A stretch of DNA of 29,091 nucleotides from an uncultured archaeon (GCA_964480435.1 CAYZSS010000010.1:1-29091), one strand, 5' to 3'; positions 7,656 through 17,450 are shown, numbered from the stretch's first letter. The notes: generated by a model not told the origin, from the letters alone. Translations and numbers: made by a program.

Positions 7656-8333
7656 ATGCCTGTAATGAATAATGGTTTTGCCCAGATTCCAAACGGAAAC
7701 AAAAAAACCGCTTTGGGTTTAGCAGCATTTATTTTAGTTATTAGCGGGGCAGCAGGATTTATAAGGTATTTAGATGATGAAAATAATAAGTTTTTATTGT
7801 CTGACTCCGCAGTGCTAGGTAAAGCAACCAAAGAAAGTTTGGCAAAAATACATAGTCGCCAAATAATAGAATTAGAATCTATCTTTGGTGTAAGCATTGA
7901 TCATTCTGTTAGTGCTAATTTATTTTTGAAGAATATAGAACCCAAAAAACTGATTTTTAACTTAATTAAATTAAGGTTAAGAAGAGAAATAAACCAGCAA
8001 GTTCTTCCTGATTGGTTAACCCCTATTTATGATAAAATAAACTCTTCTAGTAAAGAAGATCTAATGTATCTTTATGATAGGGTTAAGAAAATAAAAAGTT
8101 TTTCTCACGAATTAAAAGACCCGGATCAATTAAGAGATTGGCGTAAATTTAAACATGAGAGAAAAAAGAAGGTTAATAAATTTCAGACTAACTTAATAGA
8201 AAGAGAAAAAGTAAGAAGAATGGTTTTAAATGCTCGTGCAAAAAGATTTGGCGAAAAAAGATTTGAAAGGCCTGGAACAGGAAGATCCGCTTCTTTAGAA
8301 AGAACAAGATTTAGACCTCAACATAGGATATAA
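7656..8333 (+). CDS. Hypothetical membrane-anchored protein, paralog 1
   Basis: N-terminal hydrophobic helix ALGLAAFILVISGAAGF. Colinear similarity to 8510..9190 (IFG, IEPK, LP..P.Y.KINS, ARAKR). Identical C-terminus ERTRFRPQHRI. TAGTGAT Shine-Dalgarno-like site upstream. Confidence 0.7.
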   Translation: MPVMNNGFAQIPNGNKKTALGLAAFILVISGAAGFIRYLDDENNKFLLSDSAVLGKATKESLAKIHSRQIIELESIFGVSIDHSVSANLFLKNIEPKKLIFNLIKLRLRREINQQVLPDWLTPIYDKINSSSKEDLMYLYDRVKKIKSFSHELKDPDQLRDWRKFKHERKKKVNKFQTNLIEREKVRRMVLNARAKRFGEKRFERPGTGRSASLERTRFRPQHRI

Positions 8334-8509
8334 TATCCCATTTTTCTTTTATTTTTTGATAGCTGGTTTTTTAAACTAAATACTTATTTGATATCTGATT
8401 AAACTACTGTCTATGTTGGAACGAAAAAAGACAATTGATTTAATACAGCAACACTAATTTTCCAATAATTTTATATATCATAATAAAGTATATTTATTGG
8501 TGATATTTT

Positions 8510-9190
8510 TTGGTTAAAGAATTTATTCCTGATGTAAAAACTAGTTCTTCTGGTTCGTTGCCTTATTTTTTGATTGGAGTTTCGCTTTTGGGGTTCTTGA
8601 TAACACTTGGAATTATAAAAAACAAAATCGAATATGCAAAACTAGTAAAAAAACAATTATCCTCAAAAACAATAGATTTAATGGAAGATAATATTACTAA
8701 ACAACTGACTGCTTTGGAAAAAATATTTGGTGATGAAACTATTTTTAATACAAAACTAATTAAAATGTTAAAAGAACAAGCAATAGAACCTAAGGAATTA
8801 GTTATTGACTTAATAAGAGGCAGAGGAAAAATAAATCCACAAATTCTGCCCGAAGAAATCGTTCCTTTGTATAGAAAAATCAATTCTCTGGAGCCTAAGG
8901 AATTAGAAAAATTCTATTATGAAGTAAATAGGCTTAAAGGAGTAGAATTAGAACTAACTAACCCAGAACAAAAAAAAGAATGGTATGAATTTAGAAAACT
9001 TAGGGAAGACCGGGCAAAACAACAAGTAAATGAAATCCAATCCAGAATGATGAAACAAGGGCGTGTAAAAGAATTAGTTCTAAGGGATCGTGCTAAAAGA
9101 GCAGAAAGATATAAAGCTCGTGAAACTCCCAGAACCGGAAGACTAGCATCTGCTGAAAGAACAAGATTTAGACCTCAACATAGGATATAA
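8510..9190 (+). CDS. Hypothetical membrane-anchored protein, paralog 2
   Basis: TTG start preceded by GGTGAT. N-terminal helix YFLIGVSLLGFLITLGII. Colinear with paralog 1 and shares the same C-terminal 11 aa. Confidence 0.7.
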   Translation: MVKEFIPDVKTSSSGSLPYFLIGVSLLGFLITLGIIKNKIEYAKLVKKQLSSKTIDLMEDNITKQLTALEKIFGDETIFNTKLIKMLKEQAIEPKELVIDLIRGRGKINPQILPEEIVPLYRKINSLEPKELEKFYYEVNRLKGVELELTNPEQKKEWYEFRKLREDRAKQQVNEIQSRMMKQGRVKELVLRDRAKRAERYKARETPRTGRLASAERTRFRPQHRI

Positions 9191-9268
9191 GGGCTGGGTT
9201 TTAGAGGCTAATACTTTTTTTATTTTCTTTTTGTATTATTTTATATATTTTCTTGTTCTTTTTTTTAT

Positions 9269-9970
9269 ATGCAATCACAGGATAGGTCTTTAAGCGGGAT
9301 TCCAGATTCAGAATGGAAGGCACTGTCTGAAAAAATAAGGGACGCAAATGGAAGAGTTTTGTTATTAGTTCATCCTTTTTATGATTATGTTCATGATAAG
9401 CAATATGTTGAAACTATTCATAATCTTTTGAGAAAATCAAAAATTCCTGTTATTATTTTAGAACCCCATAATAAAATAAGAGAAACAGAAGATGGTCTTT
9501 GGGCTATTGGTGCAAAGTCAGCATTTATTATTTCTACTATATCAAGTGGTCCAGCAGTACTAAAGTCCTTGAAACCAGTCCCTAAAAAAAGACTTGGTGA
9601 TGCTGACTTAGAAATGACTCGCTTTTTTAAAAAGCTTAAGTCTGTGGGGGTAAAGGCACTATTTATTGGTGGTATGTATGCTTGGGCACAAAACCATGGT
9701 TCCGTAAGCAAAGCTGAAGGCCGCATGTTTCCAAATTGGGAAAGTAAAAATGATTTTACTGTATCTGCAGGCTGTGCTGGATATACTTATCGTAGAGCTA
9801 TCGAGTTGGGTATTGGCATGGTAAGACTTATTCCTAATGCACTATATCCTTCTAAGCCACAAAGAACATTTAGAGAAACAGCAAAGAAAATGCCCCTGAG
9901 ATCAAGACTTATACAAAATGATGTGAAGCCAAATCGTTTAGCAAGGTTACTTCGTAGAAAACCAAAATAA
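9269..9970 (+). CDS. Hypothetical protein (weak isochorismatase/cysteine-hydrolase-like pattern), basic C-terminal tail
   Basis: Long ORF with TATA-like TTTATATA about 25 nt upstream of the ATG. The blocks ALFIGGMYAW..SAGCAGYTYRRAIELGIGMVRLIPNAL are only loosely reminiscent of the isochorismatase fold. Confidence 0.5.
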   Translation: MQSQDRSLSGIPDSEWKALSEKIRDANGRVLLLVHPFYDYVHDKQYVETIHNLLRKSKIPVIILEPHNKIRETEDGLWAIGAKSAFIISTISSGPAVLKSLKPVPKKRLGDADLEMTRFFKKLKSVGVKALFIGGMYAWAQNHGSVSKAEGRMFPNWESKNDFTVSAGCAGYTYRRAIELGIGMVRLIPNALYPSKPQRTFRETAKKMPLRSRLIQNDVKPNRLARLLRRKPK

Positions 9971-9971
9971 T

Positions 9972-10655
9972 TTATAAAATTTTCTTAACTAAACTATAAA
10001 CTTCTTTTTGAATTATTTCAATTGGTAAGGGTTTATCTTTTTCAAAGCAAACAATTCTTTTCCAGTTTTCAAAATTATCATTTGTTAAGCAAAATAAATA
10101 AGCACCCTCTGCATTTCTTAAGTGATTAATATCATCTTCATGAATATCTCTTTTTTTTCCCTGTACATATTTGTTGTCCCATTTTTTTTCTGCTAATTGC
10201 TGACCAATTACTGGATCCATATGTAATAAAATAGTTAAATCTGGTTTTGGGATTCCTAAGATATTATATTCTAAGTCATTTACCCAGGCAAGGAATGCCT
10301 TTCTTTCTTCTGGGGACGTAATTTTTCCTAGTTGGTGACCTTTATTTGCGGAGGTATAACGATTAGAAATAACGTGGATGCCCTTGCTTAATTGTTCTCT
10401 TATTTTAAAGCTTGCAGCAAATCTATCCAAGGCATAAAATAAAGATGCCTTTTTTGCACTTATTTCTTTTAGAGTTCCAAATTCACCTCTTAAATATTTT
10501 TCTACAAATTGAGCAGACCATTGACCATATTGTGGAAAATCAGCAGTTTCAACTGCGTAGCCTTCTTGTTTTAGATTTTCTACTAATAAATCACATTGGG
10601 TCTTCTTTCCTGACCCATCTGTTCCATCAATAACTATGAATTTACCTTGTTTCAT
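9972..10655 (-). CDS. tmk: Thymidylate kinase
   Basis: P-loop FIVIDGTDGSGKKTQ, DRF/SNRY blocks and a lid-like region. Start placed at ATG 10655, which is preceded by AGGTG; the ORF track extends to 10682. Confidence 0.8.
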   Translation of the reverse strand: MKQGKFIVIDGTDGSGKKTQCDLLVENLKQEGYAVETADFPQYGQWSAQFVEKYLRGEFGTLKEISAKKASLFYALDRFAASFKIREQLSKGIHVISNRYTSANKGHQLGKITSPEERKAFLAWVNDLEYNILGIPKPDLTILLHMDPVIGQQLAEKKWDNKYVQGKKRDIHEDDINHLRNAEGAYLFCLTNDNFENWKRIVCFEKDKPLPIEIIQKEVYSLVKKIL

Positions 10656-10717
10656 ATTAGCACCTACATAATAAGCATACAATTCAAGTTTATAAAGATT
10701 TGGTCTTTTACTTTATT

Positions 10718-11986
10718 ATGGATGTAGTTATTGCTTTGATTATTATTGCAACTATTTTGTTGCTTGGAGCGTTTGGAGAACTTTTCTTTAGAAAAACAGG
10801 AATTCCTGATGCATTGTGGCTTATTTTATTTGGTTTTGTAATGACTACCGTATTTAAAGTGATAAGCCCAAATGCGTTTTCATCCTTGATTCCTCTTTTT
10901 GTAGTTGTAACTTTGGTAATAATTCTGTTTGAAGGTGGGCTTCATTTAAAACTTGCCGGCGTAATAAAATATTCTCTATCTGGAATGGGTTTAGCAATAA
11001 CACTTTTCATTTTTTCCGTAATTTTTGTAACAGGTATAACTTATCTTATGGCCCTTATCGGGTGTTATCCCGGATGGAATATTTGGACAGGAGTATTATT
11101 AGGTGCAATATTTGGGGGTACTAGTTCAGTAGTTGTGATTCCGTTAGTGCTACTAGCTAATTTAGGAGAAGATGTATCAAGTGTATTGTCAGTAGAATCT
11201 GCATTCACTGATGCTTTGTGTATTGTTGTAGTTAGTACTCTTGTAGTTTTTTTGTTGAATTCTGCAAGTAATATTGGCCTTAAGGTTGTGCTTTCAAAAA
11301 TTTCAGCAAGTTTAGCCATCGGAATAGTTATCGGCGTTGCATTTGGATTTTTTTGGTTGTTCTTGCTTTACAAATTTGAAAAAACATCTGGCATGAAAGA
11401 TTATTTTTATTTCTTTACTATTGCCACTTTATTTTTTATTTATATTTTTGTGGACTATATTGGTGGGTCTGCTGTGGTGGCTTGTTTTGTTTTTGGGTTA
11501 ATAATGGGCAATGCTTTGTTAATAAAAAAGATATTCAAAATAGAATCTTTGTATGAAGTTGATAAAGATTTATTACTAATTAATTCACAATTGGCTTTCT
11601 TGATAAAAAGTTTTTTCTTTGTTCTTATTGGGATGCTTTTGGTTATGGATTATAAATTGTGGATCTACGGGTTTATAATTACTGCAATTTTATTGGTTCC
11701 AAGATATTTATCTGTTTTGGTAATTCCTTTTACTAGAAAGATAGCACCTAATAAAAGAAAGCTTTTGTATCTGTTTTATCCAAAAGGATTAGCAGCAGGG
11801 GTATTAGCAATAAGTTTAGTAAACACACCTGGTTTAGATAAAGTAATTCCCACAATAAAAGATTTTGTGCCAATAATATTTTCAGTCATATTTTTGTCAA
11901 TCTTATTATCAACAATTGGTCTTGGCATATACAAACTTAAATCAAAAAAAGAAGTATCGGGTCAAGTGAGTGTTGGTAATCACTAA
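10718..11986 (+). CDS. Cation/proton antiporter (Na+/H+ exchanger family)
   Basis: Polytopic membrane protein with about 11-12 hydrophobic segments and an N-terminal GELFFRKTGIPDALWLILFG block typical of CPA transporters. ATG 10718 is preferred over TTG 10700. Confidence 0.6.
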   Translation: MDVVIALIIIATILLLGAFGELFFRKTGIPDALWLILFGFVMTTVFKVISPNAFSSLIPLFVVVTLVIILFEGGLHLKLAGVIKYSLSGMGLAITLFIFSVIFVTGITYLMALIGCYPGWNIWTGVLLGAIFGGTSSVVVIPLVLLANLGEDVSSVLSVESAFTDALCIVVVSTLVVFLLNSASNIGLKVVLSKISASLAIGIVIGVAFGFFWLFLLYKFEKTSGMKDYFYFFTIATLFFIYIFVDYIGGSAVVACFVFGLIMGNALLIKKIFKIESLYEVDKDLLLINSQLAFLIKSFFFVLIGMLLVMDYKLWIYGFIITAILLVPRYLSVLVIPFTRKIAPNKRKLLYLFYPKGLAAGVLAISLVNTPGLDKVIPTIKDFVPIIFSVIFLSILLSTIGLGIYKLKSKKEVSGQVSVGNH

Positions 11987-12006
11987 TTTTATCTTGGCTT
12001 GGTATA

Positions 12007-13461
12007 TTATTCGCTTTTATAGATTTTATCAATTAACCCATTTGGATCTTCATAGTATTTTTGGATATTTTGAGTAACGTCTAAATAACTTTCAATATTA
12101 TTTTTTATAAACCAATCTAAAATTTTTCCTCTGAGTTTTATTTCATCCATAACTTTGATTTTGTCTACTCCTAGTGCTTTTGAAATAGTTTCTATTGTTC
12201 TTGATGGCACTGAAGTTCTGCACATGTTTTCTTTTTCTGTATCGTATTCAAAAATGTTACTTAGTAGGGCTTTGTTTTCCATTCTTTCTAGCTCTGCAAG
12301 TTCTGAAACATATCTTGTAATACCTTTTCCAGGGTAATACTGCTTTTTAATGCTTATAATTAAGTTTAACAAAGGAATATTGGTCTCTGGTATTGACATA
12401 GGCTCGCTTTTTAGGCGTATAAATGCCTCTTTTGAATTGTTGGCGTGCAAAGTACCTAATAGCCCATTATGGCCTGTGTCCATTGCTGTAAACATGGTTC
12501 TTGCCTCTTCCCCTCTTACTTCTCCAACAATGATTCTATCTGGTCTCATTCGTAAGGAGTTTTTTAATAGCATATCCATGGTTATTTCTTCGGTTGTGCT
12601 TGTTTTTGGTCTTGCTTCAAGTGATACCCAGTTTTCTCTATCTGATAAATTTAGTTCAGGGGTATCTTCAATAGATAAAATTCTTTCATTATATCTGATA
12701 AATGAGGTTAATGCAAATAACATAGTGGTTTTTCCGCTTCCAGATCCTCCAATAACTAAGGTGTTTTGAGGAGCTACACCTAGGCCATCTATACAAACCC
12801 AAAGAAATGAAGCTAACTCTTTAGAAATGGTTTTATTTTTTATTAATGCAACTATGGAAAGTGGTTTTTTTGTAAATTTTCTTATTGTAATTGTTGGGCT
12901 GAATGGACTAACATAATTTGAAGTAATATTTATTCTTGACCCGTCGGGTAAACGGCCGTCTAGAACTGGATTCTGGTCATCTACTTTTTTTACTGTAATG
13001 GCTTGTAATTTGTTTATAAAAGTAGAATATTCTTCAGAGGTAAATGTGATGTTTGTCTTGCATAACCCTTCTTTTTTGTGGAATAAAAATATTTGTGAAT
13101 CTAACCGATTTACCATAATATCTTCAATGTCATCATTGTCAAAAAAAAAGCTAAGTCCGCCATATCCGCAAAGATAAAGGGCAATTGGTTCAACTTGTGT
13201 TATATTCCCAAACCCTGATTTTTGCAAAATATCTTTTACTGCTTTGTTTAGCTCAATAAGTTCTAAAGAGGATGGAAAAAGGTTGCTTGATAGGTAGATG
13301 TCTAATTTATCTATTTGCTCTGTTAAAAAAGAACTGTTTGTTTTATTTTTTGTGAGGTCTTTGATTTTTTTAATGACATTATAAATTTCATCTCTATTTT
13401 GTATTTTATAAATTTTAAAAGGATAATTTTGTTCAATAACGTAATCAGGCATGGACATCAC
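12007..13461 (-). CDS. Type II/IV secretion-family ATPase (archaeal FlaI/PilB/VirB11-like)
   Basis: Walker A GGSGSGKTT, Asp box ILSIEDTPEL, Walker B RPDRIIVGEVRGEEA, His box GHNGLLGTLHAN. Confidence 0.85.
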   Translation of the reverse strand: MMSMPDYVIEQNYPFKIYKIQNRDEIYNVIKKIKDLTKNKTNSSFLTEQIDKLDIYLSSNLFPSSLELIELNKAVKDILQKSGFGNITQVEPIALYLCGYGGLSFFFDNDDIEDIMVNRLDSQIFLFHKKEGLCKTNITFTSEEYSTFINKLQAITVKKVDDQNPVLDGRLPDGSRINITSNYVSPFSPTITIRKFTKKPLSIVALIKNKTISKELASFLWVCIDGLGVAPQNTLVIGGSGSGKTTMLFALTSFIRYNERILSIEDTPELNLSDRENWVSLEARPKTSTTEEITMDMLLKNSLRMRPDRIIVGEVRGEEARTMFTAMDTGHNGLLGTLHANNSKEAFIRLKSEPMSIPETNIPLLNLIISIKKQYYPGKGITRYVSELAELERMENKALLSNIFEYDTEKENMCRTSVPSRTIETISKALGVDKIKVMDEIKLRGKILDWFIKNNIESYLDVTQNIQKYYEDPNGLIDKIYKSE

Positions 13462-13485
13462 ACTGTTAAATATATTTCATAAAAG

Positions 13486-13498
13486 AATATAAACCTCT
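13486..13498 (+). promoter_or_regulatory. TATA-box promoter element upstream of cca (probably leaderless mRNA)
   Basis: AATATAAACCTCT lies about 25 nt upstream of ATG 13516. The identical 13-mer occurs at 16410..16422 upstream of ORF 16449. Confidence 0.45.
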
Positions 13499-13515
13499 GC
13501 GTTGATATATCAAAT

Positions 13516-14772
13516 ATGGGGGATATTTTTAATATAAAAAAGCAAACTCTTGAAGTAATAAAGCCTACTTTGAAAGAACGTGAAAAGTATAAACTTAAAC
13601 TTTCAAAGATGATAAAAAAGATTCAAAAGTTTGCGAGCAAAAAAGGGATCCCTCTTATTAAAGTGGTTGTTGCTGGCTCTTTTGCAAGAAATACAGCACT
13701 AAAAGATAATACTGATTTTGATTTATTTTTACTTTTTAACCCTCACTTGGATGTGCAAAAAATTGTTGATTACAATAAGAAAATAATCTATTCGTGTTTT
13801 TGGAATAGGCGCCTAATCGAAAGTTATTCTGAACACCCTTATGTGCAATACCAAAGAAAAAAATATAAAATAGATTTTGTTCCTGCATATGAAATAAAAA
13901 ATTATACAGAAAGAAAAACAGCAGTGGACAGAACTCCGTTGCATTTAAAATATCTTCTGAATAATATGACTGAAAAACATAAAAATGAAGTGCTGATTTT
14001 GAAACAATTTTTAAAAAACAATTTGTTATATGGGTCTGACCAAAATATTAATGGGTTTTCGGGATATTTGGTGGAGTTGTTAATTTTATACTATAAAGAT
14101 TTTGAAAACTTTTTATTGCAATTTCCAAAGCTAAGAAAGGGGTCTAGGCTGGCTCTTGAAAAAGATGAAAAAAAAGAATTTAAGGATGCTTTAATTGTAA
14201 TTGATCCTATAGACCCTTTAAGAAATGTGGCGGCTGCATTAAGTGAAAAGAATTTTGAAAGAACACAAAAATTATGTAAATTATTTTCTGAATCTTCTGA
14301 TAAAGATTTTTTCTTTTCCAGCCCTGATCCGGATTTGGAAAAAGTTTTAATTTACAAATTAAAAAAACCTGAAAAAAATACTGATATTTTATATGGTATG
14401 GTGAATAGAATTTTGAAAAAAATAAAAACTGCTGTTCCTGAAATAAATGAATTTAATTCTTATCAGGATTCTGATTTATATTTGATTTTTTCGTTATCTG
14501 AATATAATAAAGAAAAAACTTTTGAAGTAAAAGGTCCTTTTGTAAAGGATGTGGAAAATTGTGAAAAATTTAAAGAAAAACACACCAGTGTTTATGAAAA
14601 AAATGGTTCTTTATTTGCAAAAGAAGAAAATGTGGAAACTAATGTGGAAAAAATTATTGATTCTCAAGTATTGCAATATTTTGGGAAATTCCAAAAAGTA
14701 ACAAAAGTAAATTCAGATAAAATTATTTTAAAGAAAAAAATACAGGAAGCCAAAGGGTTTGTAAGGTTGTGA
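13516..14772 (+). CDS. cca: CCA-adding enzyme (archaeal class I tRNA nucleotidyltransferase)
   Basis: GSFARNTALKDNTDFDLFLLF (GS...DxD nucleotidyltransferase motif), EHPYVQY, VDRTPLH, GFSGYLVELL. Confidence 0.85.
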   Translation: MGDIFNIKKQTLEVIKPTLKEREKYKLKLSKMIKKIQKFASKKGIPLIKVVVAGSFARNTALKDNTDFDLFLLFNPHLDVQKIVDYNKKIIYSCFWNRRLIESYSEHPYVQYQRKKYKIDFVPAYEIKNYTERKTAVDRTPLHLKYLLNNMTEKHKNEVLILKQFLKNNLLYGSDQNINGFSGYLVELLILYYKDFENFLLQFPKLRKGSRLALEKDEKKEFKDALIVIDPIDPLRNVAAALSEKNFERTQKLCKLFSESSDKDFFFSSPDPDLEKVLIYKLKKPEKNTDILYGMVNRILKKIKTAVPEINEFNSYQDSDLYLIFSLSEYNKEKTFEVKGPFVKDVENCEKFKEKHTSVYEKNGSLFAKEENVETNVEKIIDSQVLQYFGKFQKVTKVNSDKIILKKKIQEAKGFVRL

Positions 14773-15518
14773 ATTGTATGGATTTAAATAAAGATGCATA
14801 TGGACAAGAAGTTTGGGCTTATTATAATAAAAAAGACTCTTTTGAGATTATTCAAAGAGGAGATAATACTTTCTGGATTTCTTCTGGGCCCGTATCATAC
14901 TTTAAAGACTATAAAGATTGGCCAGAAAACCTGAAAGAAGCAATGAAGTTTGTAACTGGAAGCGTTTTTGATATTGGTTGTGGTGCCGGCAGAGTTTGTT
15001 TGTATTTGCAGAAAAAAGGGCATAAAGTTTTGGGTATAGATAATTCCCCCCTTGCAATAAAAACTAGCAAAATGAGAGGGGTAAAAAATACTATACTAAT
15101 GGGTATAGAAGGTATTGGAAAATTAAAAGAAAAATTTGGTGCAGTAACTATGGTTGGAAATAATTTTGGCCTTTTTGGTAGCTACAATAAAGCAAAAAAA
15201 CTTTTGAAAATAATGCATACTATTACAACCCCTGATGCAGTAATTATTGCAGAAAGTAATGACCCTTACAAAACAAAAGATCCCCTTAATGTTGAATACC
15301 AAAAAAATAATGTTAAGCAAGGGCGTATGGCTGGACAATTAAAATTAAAAGTAATATATACAAAATATATTGGTGACTGGTTTGATTATTTGATAGTTTC
15401 AAAAAACGAAATGAAAGATATTCTAAAAGGTACGGGCTGGAAAGTTAAAAAATTCCTTGACTCTCCTAAAAACGGGAGTAGCTATATTGCAATAATTGAA
15501 AAAGAAAATAAAAAATAA
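14769..15518 (+). CDS. Class I SAM-dependent methyltransferase
   Basis: VFDIGCGAGRVCLYLQKKGHKVLGIDNSPLAI (motif I plus acidic post-I). GTG start overlaps the cca stop; ATG 14778 is an alternative. Confidence 0.7.
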   Translation: MNCMDLNKDAYGQEVWAYYNKKDSFEIIQRGDNTFWISSGPVSYFKDYKDWPENLKEAMKFVTGSVFDIGCGAGRVCLYLQKKGHKVLGIDNSPLAIKTSKMRGVKNTILMGIEGIGKLKEKFGAVTMVGNNFGLFGSYNKAKKLLKIMHTITTPDAVIIAESNDPYKTKDPLNVEYQKNNVKQGRMAGQLKLKVIYTKYIGDWFDYLIVSKNEMKDILKGTGWKVKKFLDSPKNGSSYIAIIEKENKK

Positions 15519-16383
15519 TTGTGTGGTCTTGGTGGATATAGCAAAAATAGTAGAAAAAAAGGTGCAGGAAACAATAGACAAGTACGGCTTGTTTACAAAA
15601 AAAGATAAAATCCTTGTTGCTCTTTCTGGTGGTAAAGACTCTGTTACAGTTCTTTATGTGCTAAAAAAACTTGGCTATGAAGTAGATGCTTTTTATTTGG
15701 ATTTACATATTGGCGATTGGAGCAAAAAAAATCTAATTGCTGTACAAGAACTATGTAAGCTTTTAGCAGTAAAATTAACTGTTGTGGATATAAGGGCTGA
15801 ATTAGGTTCTTCCATGTGTTTTATTCATAAGGGGATAAAATCTAAAAAACCAAATTTATCAAATTGTTTAATTTGCGGGGTAATAAAAAGGTCTTTACTT
15901 AATAAAAAAGCAAGAGAATTGGGGGCTACAAAAATTGCAACAGGACATAATTTGGATGATGAGGTAGAAGTATATTTTATGAATTTGTTCAAGTACAACT
16001 CGGATTTACTTTGGGGTATGGGACCACAAAATGGGGTGACTAGGGATAAGAAATTTGTGCCAAGAATTAAACCTTTGTATTTTGTTACTAATAAGGAAAC
16101 AAAGGAATTTACGCAGGAGCTAAAGTTACCGGTGGTATATGAAAAATGTCCTTGTTCATCAACTAGCGGTATAAGAAATGACATAAGAAAGATGGTGCAA
16201 GAATTGGAAAAGGAAAATCCAAATTTAAAAAAAGAGTTAATTGAAAAGCTTCAAGAAAAAATAAAAAATAAAAATTTTAAAGTAAGCGGGAAAATAACTT
16301 ATTGTGAAAAATGTGGGGAACCTGCCAGAGGAAAGATTTGTAAAAGTTGTGACCTATTTTCTTCTTTGTGTAAATCAGAATAA
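15496..16383 (+). CDS. tRNA 2-thiolation PP-loop ATPase (TtcA/TtuA/NcsA family)
   Basis: PP-loop ALSGGKDSVT, GHNLDDEVE, cluster cysteines CLICG and CPCSS, C-terminal zinc ribbon CEKCG..CKSC. Exact start uncertain because it overlaps the upstream gene. Confidence 0.75.
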   Translation: MKKKIKNNCVVLVDIAKIVEKKVQETIDKYGLFTKKDKILVALSGGKDSVTVLYVLKKLGYEVDAFYLDLHIGDWSKKNLIAVQELCKLLAVKLTVVDIRAELGSSMCFIHKGIKSKKPNLSNCLICGVIKRSLLNKKARELGATKIATGHNLDDEVEVYFMNLFKYNSDLLWGMGPQNGVTRDKKFVPRIKPLYFVTNKETKEFTQELKLPVVYEKCPCSSTSGIRNDIRKMVQELEKENPNLKKELIEKLQEKIKNKNFKVSGKITYCEKCGEPARGKICKSCDLFSSLCKSE

Positions 16384-16448
16384 AAATAATACGCAAAACT
16401 ATACAAAAAAATATAAACCTCTTTTGCTTATTTTATTAGTGATTAATT

Positions 16449-16934
16449 ATGGGGAAAAAACCAGTAAAAGTTCATGTTAATAAATATGCCCGGGAAATAG
16501 ACCCTGACGAAAGGCGACCTCTTTCTTTGGAACACGGTGGGGGGCAATTGATTGGTCAAAGAGAAAAAGAGATTTTAAATAAAAAACAAAATCAGTTAAA
16601 TGCTTTTAGAGTGGCTTTGGGTATTGCAAGTATTGGATATGGACCGGAATATACAGTAGGAGCAATACGTGTGCCTGGTGAAGAAGAGGCTATAAGAACA
16701 GGAAGAAATATAGTAAAAACACATGAATTGGATGGTACTAATGTTGTGCTAAACTTTTTGGTCTTTTTACAGAAAGAAGCCCCTGAGGTGTATAGGGGAT
16801 TAATTAATGAAGCAAGAAAAAAGTTTCCTGATTTGAATAAACCTAGGCCTCGGGAAAATTACAAGGCTGAAATAATTAGACTTACAAGAGCGCTAATGTC
16901 GGAAAAAGGTATTTTCAGAATGTTGCGTGCTTAA
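16449..16934 (+). CDS. Hypothetical protein
   Basis: 161-aa ORF with a TAGTGAT Shine-Dalgarno-like site and an upstream TATA 13-mer. No family recognised. Confidence 0.55.
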   Translation: MGKKPVKVHVNKYAREIDPDERRPLSLEHGGGQLIGQREKEILNKKQNQLNAFRVALGIASIGYGPEYTVGAIRVPGEEEAIRTGRNIVKTHELDGTNVVLNFLVFLQKEAPEVYRGLINEARKKFPDLNKPRPRENYKAEIIRLTRALMSEKGIFRMLRA

Positions 16935-17154
16935 ATTTTTATATTTCTGTTGCTTATTTTATTTATGTGGGTAGCGGAATTTAGAATTACCATTAATTGG
17001 GCATAAAAAACAGTTTTTGAAACGTTAGCATACATACAGGCTCTTCCAGCTGTTAAAAGTATAATTATTTTACAACTTATAATTTATAATTCTTTCTATT
17101 TATAGATATATAAGCTCTTTTAGGAGAGCATAACATAATAAGGAGTTGAACAAA

Positions 17155-17439
17155 ATGAACGGAGTAGTAAAATTTTATAACATAAAAAAGAGATTTGGTT
17201 TTATTAGCGGAGAAGACGGAAAAGACTATTTTGTACACTTGTCCGGAGTTGAAAAGGGAAATTTCTTAAGAGAAGAATCTAAGGTTGAATTTGAAATCGA
17301 AGAATCAGATAAGGGTCCTAAAGCAGTAAAAGTAGTAGTTACTGAGCAAGCACCTCCTAGAGAAAGAACACCAAGAGCACCTAGAGAAGAAGCTAATGAT
17401 GAAGAAGAACCAACAGACTCTGAAGAAGAACAGTTTTAA
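17155..17439 (+). CDS. Cold-shock domain protein (CspA family) with a Pro/Arg then acidic C-terminal tail
   Basis: GVVKFYNIKKRFGFISGEDGKDYFVHLSGV carries RNP1-like (K/R)FGFI and RNP2-like YFVH. AAGGAG lies 9 nt upstream of ATG 17155. Confidence 0.8.
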   Translation: MNGVVKFYNIKKRFGFISGEDGKDYFVHLSGVEKGNFLREESKVEFEIEESDKGPKAVKVVVTEQAPPRERTPRAPREEANDEEEPTDSEEEQF

Positions 17440-17450
17440 TTAATTAACAA

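Noticed and set aside
16935-17100. The 160-nt non-coding stretch upstream of the cold-shock gene as an RNA gene
   Set aside because: I found only short weak palindromes (CAGCTG, AAAAAC/GTTTTT). There is no tRNA-like or motif-like structure and no similarity to the tRNA-linked modules. It is probably promoter or spacer DNA.
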